From Vitrella brassicaformis CCMP3155 (Eukaryota; Protista; Chromerida): a DNA stretch of 16,048 nucleotides. The notes below the pieces were generated by a model. It searched no databases and was not told the origin of the DNA. It saw nothing but the letters and a program-made list of their open reading frames with translations. Positions 1 through 9,900 of this stretch are shown piece after piece. Location of the stretch: assembly GCA_001179505.1 (NCBI GenBank), contig CDMY01000841.1:1-16048 (forward strand), written 5' to 3'. Within the stretch, counting starts at the first letter, position 1. Every line of letters begins with the position of its first letter. The position numbers and the translations under genes were made by a program.

Positions 1-25
1 ATTCATTTGCCCGCGCGTGCGTCAG

Positions 26-3000
26 GGTGTCAAGTTCGAAGACGCCGTGGTGCAGCGTTTCCCGGCGGCCACCGACCTCGTCAGCCGCCTCCTCACCTAC
101 TACCCCAACGACAGACTGTCCTCAGGTAGGTCGCACAGAGAGAGGAGTTCTGCCACCTGGGTGCCTTGCGAGACATTTCCGGTGTCATGTGTGTGTATGT
201 GTGTGTTGTGTCAGCTCAAGAGGCGTTAGATCACCCATGGTTTGGGCCGTCCTTCTTGGGCCGCCCCTACCCCCTCACCATGCCAACCATGTCGCCCCAT
301 CAGGCCATGAGCCAGCCTGCAGCCCCTGGCCAGCAGCAGGGCAGCGCCAACAGCCCATCGCACATGCACAATCCCACTGGTGGTCCCTTGTTGCCCATGC
401 CACCCATGACGCCCACCGGCAGCTCCCCTGTGCACAACCCATTCGCCCACGTGTCGCCGAACGCATCGCCATCCCCGCTGACACCGCGAGCACAGTCGCT
501 GGAGCTGCCCCACGACGGCCACCCCGTCCACCCACATCGGCAGCCAGTAAGCAGATGAGATACGCACACCCACACAAAAGACTTGGGGGCGGAGATCATT
601 TGGAATGTGTTGTGACTTCGTGTGTGTCTGTGAGTGTCCGATGCAGGCCCTGACAGTTGAGGTGGGGAACCATGCGTCCAATCAGAGCCAGGGCAGCTCA
701 CCCACCCCGCAGCCCAGCCCCACTCACCAGCAGCAACGCCACAACACATCCGGGAGCGACAGTGCGGAGGGCCTCATCTCGCCCAACGCCATCAGCCGTC
801 TGGACCAGGCCATCAGACACACCGTGGATGTTGACTTGGGTGGGGAGGGGCTGGTGTCCATGGGGCTGGTCGGCATGGGCCATGAGGGTGGTGACGACGG
901 GCGGGCAATGGACATGGACGGGGCAGATGGCCGCTCCTTCACCGACGCACACAGCAACCTGGGAGCCGGCACTGCTGGTAAGTCAGGCCTGCAAGGCACC
1001 AGAGCACGTCGCACCACGACCATAGGAGTGAGTGTCATGCATTTACGTGTCTGTCGTGATTGATGCTCTTCAGAGTTCATGAGTGCAGTGCCCTCGCACT
1101 CCACTGGCCCCGCTGATGTGACCAACTTCAACAGCGCGCCGCACATCTGGGGACAGCAAGGTAGATAGACTGACTCCCCGGCACACACCAAGAGAGTCTC
1201 GTGTTCTCAATTCGTGTATGTATTTCCCTGCCTCGTTCGTTCCATCAGCTCGTGGGTTGGTGAGCCCGACGCTCGGTCACGGCAGCATGACGGTGGGCAG
1301 CAGCGGATCGGCGCCCTTCGGCTCATCTCACGTGGCCACCCTCCCACTGCCCCCCGCACCGCAGCCCCTATCGCCCGGCATCACACAGCTGGGCCCCCAC
1401 ATCCAGGGCAACGGCAGTGGGGGTATCCTGTCGGCATGGGAGGACTCTCGGCCACAGACCATCACCGCGCTGCAGATGACCGGGGCCGCCGGGCAGCAGC
1501 AGCAGGACTCGTTCGCGTTGCCTCCGTCCTCTCTATCGCTCATGGATGAGGGGCAGGGTGCCAGTGGGGCGGGGCGGGGGCAGGGACAGGATGCGTCTAG
1601 CGGCAGCACTGGCACAGGTGGGTGGGTCTGAGGGTTGGCTTGGTGGTGCTCACTCACGTGTCTCGCTCGTGTCTCGTTCTTATCGAGCAGGTGGCGCCAA
1701 GTTGGTTCCTATTGGTCGCAGTCGGCAGGCGGGGGGTGGTGGTGCCGGGCCTCAGGCGAATCCCAACCAGGGTTATCACACAACATACAGATACAGACAC
1801 TGCACCACACGCAAACTCAATGAATGGCTCATATGTTTGTTTCGTCCGATGGGTCCGTGTGGGGCTCGCTCGGCTGCATGTGGATCAGACGCCTTGGCTG
1901 GCGGGCAGGGGCAGGACGCAGGGGACGCCAGCCAGCATAGACACAGCCACCAAGGTACAGCTTTACTTACAGACACACAGAAATCCACCCCCACTTAGTT
2001 GATTGATGGCATTGCACTCGGTGTACCTTACTTATTCTCTTCTCATATGCTTGTTCGTTCGATCAGTTGTCGACACCACTGACCACCCTGCATCACCAGA
2101 TGGATCGTCTCGCTTCTTCCCGCTAGGGCCCCACCCGCCCGTGGCGCCGCTTGAGGAGCCCGTCGTGTTTGAGGAGGAAATGGAGTTCAGCCCCGACCAC
2201 ACCCACCCACCACGCACCCACCAGGACGACGCTACCATGACCAACGCGCAGCAGCACCAGCCTCAGCAGCACCAGGGCGGGTGCGACCGGCTGTTCGGGC
2301 TGCAGCAGATGTTCGGTCTCATGACGGGCGGCGCCGAACGGACCGCACCGCCCCCACACAACACTGGACCCATCACTGCAGGTCAGGCCCTGTCCTGTCC
2401 GTGTGGCCAAAGAACACATACATCACATCGTGGAAGCCTTGGTGACTCACCATCTTGTGGTGTGTGTTTTGGATGCATGGATGGATGGATGGGTGGATGC
2501 AGCCATGCGGGGATGGGGTATTGGTATCGACGGGATGGGTTTCGCCATGCAGGCTGGCGACACGCGAGAGATCGAGAGGGGGGCTGGCGGCTGGGGCGGT
2601 GACCGGCGCCGCAGCGCCACATCGGATGAAGCACCGGCACATGGCGGAGGAAGGTCCGGCGGACAGGCCCGCCAAAGTAAGCGGCCATGCAGAGAGAAAC
2701 ACCGGACACCAGCCGCCATCTGCCACTGTCTGTCGTTGTCTTGCACATTGTCATGTCGTCCTTATCTATCAGGTCCCTGGCTGTCTCTCTGTGGCGTGCC
2801 TCGCCCCAACCAGAACCATCCCTTCGAGGAGCTCCACGAGTACAACCCCAGTGCAGGACCTTCCGCATCCTACATCCAGCAGCACCTCCAACAGCACCAT
2901 CAGCAACACCAGCACCAGCAGCAGAGCACCATCCTGCTGCCCCCATTCCTGAACAATGACACCAACACCGACCACCCCAGTCCATCGCTCAACGCCCCGG

Positions 3001-3317
3001 CCACCTTTCACCATGGCGGCCCCAGCAGCTCGCCCAACAGTCCACCCCACCCCACACCGGCATACGCAGAGGACAAGACCAACCGCCATCCGTCTGCTCC
3101 CGTCACGCCCCCAGGTCGGTCGGGCAGGCGGGGTGGTTTGGGGCCGATCGGCTTCTCGTTCCCGAGATGGACCGCCGGCCGAACCACACCACCCCCTGCG
3201 CAGTCGGTGTCTACCCAGGACGGCCAGAGCCCCAACTCACAGCATACCTCGGGACCAACGTCGAGCGCACAGCCGAGGGGGGCCACAACACAGGGGCAGA
3301 GAGACCGCCGCCAGTGA
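26..3317 (+). CDS. 5'-truncated Ser/Thr protein kinase (CMGC-like: CDK/MAPK/GSK3/MAK type), with the end of the kinase domain plus a ~755 aa disordered tail. Exons: 26-125, 215-546, 647-977, 1074-1160, 1249-1617, 1691-1771, 1889-1954, 2067-2381, 2503-2676, 2773-3317
   Basis: Splicing 125/215 gives ATDLVSRLLTYYPNDRLSSAQEALDHPWF, matching kinase subdomain XI (DLxxxLLxxDPxxRxxAxEALxHPWF). All nine introns are GT-AG and phase-compatible. The exons sum to 2400 nt with no internal stop, ending TGA at 3315-3317. The catalytic core lies upstream of the window, so the subfamily is not resolvable. Tail exons rest on frame and splice-site continuity only. Confidence 0.8.
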
Positions 3318-3446
3318 CTGACGCGCTGCATAGCCGCTATGCCCAGAATGGATGGATGGATGGATGTGCATATGTACGTGTGTGTGTGTGGCCGGGCGAA
3401 TTCGTCGAAGGATGGCTGGCTGGCTGGGTGTTTATAGTGAGTGAGT

Positions 3447-3477
<31 letters not shown>

Positions 3478-3930
3478 CGAGAAAGGACGAAAGGAGAGCA
3501 AGAGCAGGAAGAGCAGGAAGAGAGAAAGAGGAGAGACAGAACGAATGGTCGGTCGACGTCTAGAGGCGTGGCGTGTGTGAGAGCCAGCGAGCCGACTGAT
3601 AGATCCGGGAATGAACGAATGAACGATGACTGAGGATGAATGACTGCCTGAAGCCAACCAAATCCGTCCATCTCAATAAGGCCTGCAATGCCGATGGGTT
3701 AGTCCATGTAAGCACACATAACATACAGCAGCCGTCTGCACAGATGTCTGCTGACACAGTGGCTGGCAGAAAATACACAAATCCAATACACACATGGCCT
3801 GCCTGCCTGCCTAAGGCCACACACGGCAAAACCCTTGCCACCTGCCGGCCGGCCTGCCTGCCTGCCTGCCTGCCTATAGGGCAAACAACGACCAAAGTCA
3901 TCCATGAAGACAGGCACTGACTGACACAGA
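3318..3930. other. 613-nt convergent intergenic / double 3'UTR region with (GGAT)n, (GT)n, purine-rich and (GCCT)6 tracts
   Basis: Lies between the kinase TGA (3317) and the Sushi-gene TAA (3931). GGAT runs at ~3349-3364 and ~3449-3478; (GCCT)6 at 3852-3875. Poly(A) sites are not identifiable. Confidence 0.75.
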
Positions 3931-6900
3931 TTAGAGGCACTCTAGCAGTTTTTCCCCGCTGTCCGACCACTGGCCCATCCAGCAGACCATTCTGTGCCTC
4001 TTGACCTTATATAAACCGTGCTCATCCTCATACCAGCCTGCAGGCGTCTTCCCGCCCTCACCCTCAACCCCCACCGTCTCGGCGGCCGTCAGCTCCCCAA
4101 TGCTCTCCGGACTTTGTTTGTTAAAGAGGTCTTCTCTTCTTGATGGATCATACCAGCAGAGCCGGAACACATAGAGGACTGACGCGTGTCTGTCAAGGCC
4201 AGGCTCCTTGGCCTTCAGTGATGCCACTGTGACGTCACGAGGGAACTGTTTGGGGTCGGGGGATGGCTTATCGGGCGATACCGAGACCGTCAGGTTAGAC
4301 AGATCCGCCAATGCGGGATCAGGACACACACCTGACAGATACACAGAGACACACACACATACATAGGGTGTGTCTTCTGTCTGCGTTGGTCTCTCTGTGT
4401 CTCTGTGTGTCTCTGTCTGTGTTGACTGACTTGAGCAAGCATATGGCAGGGCGTCAAAACTGCCGGCCCTGCAAGTGAGGTCGTGTGGTGGGTTGTCCTG
4501 GCCCTCAGGCAACGCCCCCTGGGGCAGCGCGGGGAAGAAGTTGGCATTGCAAGCCACAGTCACCACAGCTCCGTAGGGCAGCAGCGGCGCCACCGCACCC
4601 TTCCCCGACTCGGGTGTCTTGTAGGCCTCTTCGCCGGCCGCGTTGAGCAGCACGCTGCCGTTGGTCCATCTGTAGGTGCTGCCCACGTTGAGCAGAGACC
4701 TTTCACTCTCCACACCCACACACTTGGCTGAAATGACGAATGTCCAGAGGGCATGACACACATAACAGACACAGATTGATGGATGGATCAGGCAGGCAAG
4801 AACGGGAGGAGAGGACAGAGAAAGAGAAGGAGCGAGCAGTGTCTATCTGTCTGTCTGTCTGTCTCTCCCCGGCCCGAGTCGATTACGTACGGTTGCAGAC
4901 GAGTCTCTGTGAGGTCCACTGTCCGTCGACGCAGAAGACGATGTCCGACTCGCCGCCCGACTCGGGACCCGCTATCTTCACGGACCAGTCCCAACTGACA
5001 CACACAACACACACACAGCACATCACATACACACACCGATGGCCATGCATTGAGGGAGGAAGGGAGACATATGTATGTTGTGGTCCTCCCCTCTGCTGTG
5101 CTTCTGCCTGGCTGCCCGGCTGGCTGCCCGGCTGGCTGCCTACATGCATTTGCCGGCGTCAGGGTCCGATGCAGAGATGGATGCGTTGTTTTCGCAGCAT
5201 CTGATGGTCCTGTTGGCGTTGTCGTACACCATTGGGGGGTCCTTGCCCTCGACAAGGTGTGTGCCGAGGTACTCTAGGCGGTAGGCCGGCCCGAAGGACT
5301 CGGAAATGTCCTCCTGGGGATCGGGAGTAAGCTCAGGACACGTCTCTGATGAGTGAGTGAGACACAAAAACGATTGAGCACTGTGACGTGTGTGTGTGTG
5401 TGTGTGTGTATTGTGGTTTGTACTCACTGAAGCATTCGAGTGTTCTTTCTTCCCAGCTGCCATCGAGACACCGGATGAGCTGCTGCGGCTGGGGCGACCA
5501 ATCGGCTGGCGCGCCGTCAGGCACAGACTGAGGAGGAAAACAAGAAAGCCATCCATCCATCCATCCATCCATTACATAAGAAGGTGCGTGCGAGCGGGGT
5601 CCCTCCGGCGCCTATCTATATCTGTGTGTGTCTGTGGGTATACCTAACGGAAGGTAGTAGTCCCCACAGCGTATGATGGCCGACCCCTGCCCCCTGGTGT
5701 AGAGCACCTTATACCGGTCGGTCGTCACCACGACGGGGTCGTGATCCTCGAGGAATGTTATGTAGTCCACACACGCCTCTGATGAATATGATGTTCGAAC
5801 CAATCAATCAATACGCACACACACCAACACGAGGGAAGGCCTCATTCCGGTCGGCCAGTCGAGTGCTCCCTCCCTCCCTCCGTGTGTTCGGTGCAGCTCA
5901 GCTCACTTTCGCATCTGAGTGTGGGTTTCCACCACTTGCCGTCCGAGCAGTGGATCTCCTCGAGAGACTGGCCGGCCGTCGACGTGTGGTTGCCCGCACA
6001 CGTGATGATGGCCCTGCACCGTGGGTCGCCTCCAGGCCCTGCACCAGATACGCACTCTTGGGCTCAGGCAGCACCGAATCCACCACCTTCGGACAATTGC
6101 CTACACACACACAAACAAACACACACACACACCGACAAGAGGAAAAGAATGCCGAGAGCCGACGACAAGTGAGCCAAACGGACAGACGGATGTCATGTCT
6201 CCTGCCTGCTAGTGCCTGCCTGCAGTGGTCCTTCCTTTGTTTACGGACCCACTCACCCTTGCATTCGATTTGGAAGTATGTCCAATTGCCGTCAACGCAT
6301 TCGCTCTCGGCCATGGTGGTCTCGGTCACTGGGGAGAAGCCCGCCGTCCCGTTGCATGAGATGAATCGCTTGGCGTCGTGTGCGAATGAGTCGACACATG
6401 CCTGCCTCTCCTTGGGGTCGGCGTCGGGGTTGAACAGCACCTTGGCACGGTGTGGGCACTCGTCACGGTCATCGGGCTCGATGACCAGCCGGCCCTCCTC
6501 CAGAGAGGTGCGGTCCACATAGGGCGAGTCACGGAAGTAATCACACGGCACTGAAGGAAAAAGCGGACAAGGACAGACAGGACGGAAGGTGAGGTGGCCT
6601 GGCCCCCCGGCTGGTCTGGTCATTCATTCATTCATGTGTGTGTGGGTATCTGTCTGTCTGTCTGTCTGCGCATGGTATGGGGTCTGCCTGGATGGCTGGA
6701 TGGATGGATGTGTTTGTCGCGGCCGTTTGGCTTCTGGACGGACTTACACATGCATTTGAGTGTTCTCATAGACCACTCCCCGTCGACACACGTGACGAGC
6801 TCCGGGTCGTCGCCCGTGGCGTTGAGGTAGCCCATCTCGCACCTCAGCTCCACATTGCTGAGGTGGTGATAGTGCACCGACGACTGGTCCCCCCCTGCTG

Positions 6901-9900
6901 CAACGGCACCCTCAGGCGGCGTCACTCTGTCGGAGGGCGAGTCGATGACCTCGATGCGGTCCGGCTTGACATACGCTGGACATTCCTCTGGACGGGTGAT
7001 GGGTGGGTGGCACAAAGGACATAGTGAATGAGCATTGTCCTGTGGTGGCATGGCAGCTTAGCTTGCTTACTGGTGCACCAGCTGGTGAGGGCGGTCCAGT
7101 TGCCGTTGAGACACCTGCTCTCGATGTAGCTGCCGTTGCCCATAGAGGTCTCCACGGGGAAAGGCTCGTCGTGCTCGGCGGCGTTGCAGCTCACACGCAC
7201 CACATACTCGTCGTCATACAGATGGGAGCGGTTGATGGCCGGCTCGACGATGTAGGCCTCGCCATTATGGAAGGCACTCAGATTGTGGAAGTCGTAACCG
7301 TGACACTTCTCTGTGGGCAGGCAGTCCATGCAGACAGAGCAGAGACGCATGACATGAGGCAGACACACGTGTGGATGCATGTCCCTACCCTTGCATCTGA
7401 TTTCCCGAGGGCTCCAGGTGCCGTTGATGCACTCGACAATGTCGAAATCACGGTCGGGGTGGTTTGCGGCCCACTCAGGGTCCTCGGTGCCCTCCCTGCA
7501 CCCAATGTACCGCATGGCGCCGTGCGGAGATATATATATATTACTTCCTCGTCGGCCGGCCGGTCGGGGTCGACCTCGCTATCATAAATGAGGGTGGGCT
7601 TCCCCGGCGGTGCGCCGCCCTTGGCCTTGAGCTCTCGCTTCTTCTTGTTGGGGGGAATGTTGACAGACACCAGATAGGGAGTCTTGTCGGGGTCACCCAG
7701 CAAGGGGTAGGGGCGGCACTTGGCTGCACACATCGCATCGCACACACAGAGGGCAGAGGGAACGCATGCAGTTCACTGGGTGTGGTGTGTGGGCAGATAG
7801 ATTGTCGGTCGGTCACCGATGCATTGGAACTGTAGCTGTTCCCAGTGTCCCTCGACGCAGTGAAGTGTCTGTGTCTCGTGCTGTTTGGCGGCCGCCTCCT
7901 GCAGTGCCCCGCCCTCCTGCTTGGCGATGCTGGTGGCCGAGTCGGGGATGTAGCACCACTTCCACTTGGTGGGCGAATGGTCCTCCAACCCTGCACAAGT
8001 GCAATAAGTGCATCAGGGTGTCCGTCCGTCCGTATGCGCGCTTTGCTTTCATCAACGAGATGGGGTGTATGGTGTTCTGTTCACTGACTGGGGTATCTGT
8101 CGCATCCGATAGTGATGCTGTCTCCCTCCTTGGCGTACTGGCTCTTGTACAGACCCGTGATGATCTCACCGTCCTGCGGGGGGTGGTGGTCGAAAAACGG
8201 GGGACACAACGCTGCATGCATCGAGAGGCAGACAGACAGACAGCCAAGGAACCAACCGCCCTTTGCTTTGCACCCGCGATACCCAGCCAGCCAGCCAGCC
8301 ACAGATGTGATGTGACGTCTCTCCCTCTCCCCTACCTACCTCTGCACTGGAGGATCTTCTCAGTCCAATGTCCGTCGAAGCACCGGATGACCTCACACTT
8401 CCGCGACCCCATCTCATTGGCCAGCTTCTTGCTCTCACCGGCGTAGTCCACATCCACAGGCTGCGTGTCCTTATCAGCAGGCTGCGCTGATCCCACCTCC
8501 ACCACTGCCGTTGTCGACGCTGCCCCCCCTCCCCCTCCCCCTCCCCCTTGCCCTCCCGCACCAGCCTTTTCGGACGTGGAGCCCCCAAAGTGTGTGCGCT
8601 TGAATTTCCCCGGATTGATCAGGGAGCAGTCGACGGTGCTGCGTGGGTCTTCTGGGAGCTCGAACATGGGGCTGTATCCCTTCTCGCAGCCCAGTATGAC
8701 GGCTGACGTGTGCATGGGGTACCGACCCAGCAGCTCCACTGACCCGTCGGGGTCGATCAGGTCACCCTCCGTCAAGATCTTGTACCGAAGACTGTCGGCT
8801 TCGTCGCCCAGCTCCTCGAGATAGCTGTGGCACTTGTCTGCAGACAATGGAAAATATATGGGACACCACACCTTCGTTGTGCCCATGGCTGCGTCAGTGA
8901 GTACGTCTGCAGTCGAGCATGGGTTCGAGTGTGCTCCACTCTCCGTCGATGCATGTGGATATGGAGATCCCCTCCCCAGTGGCGTTGCCGTAGCCGAACG
9001 TCCAGTTGCACTGCACCCGCACCTGTGTCTCGTGGGGGAAGGACTCCTTGTCCTCACCAGACACTATCAGCGCATACGCCTCAGACCGAACCTGGTACGG
9101 AGGACAGTCCTCTGAACAGACACATGGACAGGGACAGGGACGTCTCTCTCTGTGTGTGGCCCGTTCGTTCGTTCGTTCGTCTGCATGGTGCCTGCCCGTA
9201 TAATCACTCACTTCTGCATCTGAAGTCGACAGGTGTCCAAGATCCGTTGAAGCAGGAGGCCCGGGCGAATCCTGGGTTGGCAGGGAGTGAGGTCATGCCC
9301 TGCACGCACTTGATCTGCCTGTACGCCCCGTGTATGGTGCTCTCGGTGCCGTCGGGGTCCTCTACTATATAGCGGCTCGTGTTGAAGGCATCGTACGGGA
9401 AGGGGCCACAATCCACTGAAATATCGATGGGGCCAATCAAATCCATGATGACACAGATACAGACAGACAGATCAGGTGTGCCGCGTGAGTGAGACAGGCA
9501 TGTATGTGATGTGTGTGGCCACCAGGCAGATGACTTACGGAAGCACTGCAGGTCGACTCTGCTCCAGTTGCCGTAGCTGCAGACGACTGTCTCCTCATAG
9601 CTCTCCTCGGGCTCGTCCTCATCCTCCAGGTGCCTCTGATACCGATGCCTCATCGCCACAGCCATCTCCACAAACGACACTGCAGGCTGGGGCGGTGCTG
9701 GTGCTGGTGGGGGTGGGGGTGGGGNNNNNNNNNNNNNNNNNNNNNNNNNNNNNNNNNNNNNNNNNNNNNNNNNNNNNNNNNNNNNNNNNNNNNNNNNNNN
9801 NNNNNNNNNNNNNNNNNNNNNNNNNNNNNNNNNNNNNNNNNNNNNNNNNNNNNNNNNNNNNNNNNNNNNNNNNNNNNNNNNNNNNNNNNNNNNNNNNNNN

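Noticed and set aside
3115-3166. Possible extra 52-nt intron in the last kinase exon, giving an alternative C-terminus ending at 3321
   Set aside because: GAG acceptor, short length and no intron-like repeats, and the unspliced frame is open. Not excluded without cDNA.
3340-3880. Regularly recurring short repeats that might suggest a CRISPR array or MITE
   Set aside because: Simple 2-4 nt microsatellites. There is no 23-50 nt repeat-spacer structure, terminal inverted repeat or target-site duplication, and the context is eukaryotic.
8213-8220. TGCATGCA palindrome (known ApiAP2-type motif)
   Set aside because: A single copy forming part of an intron 3' end, not in a promoter position.
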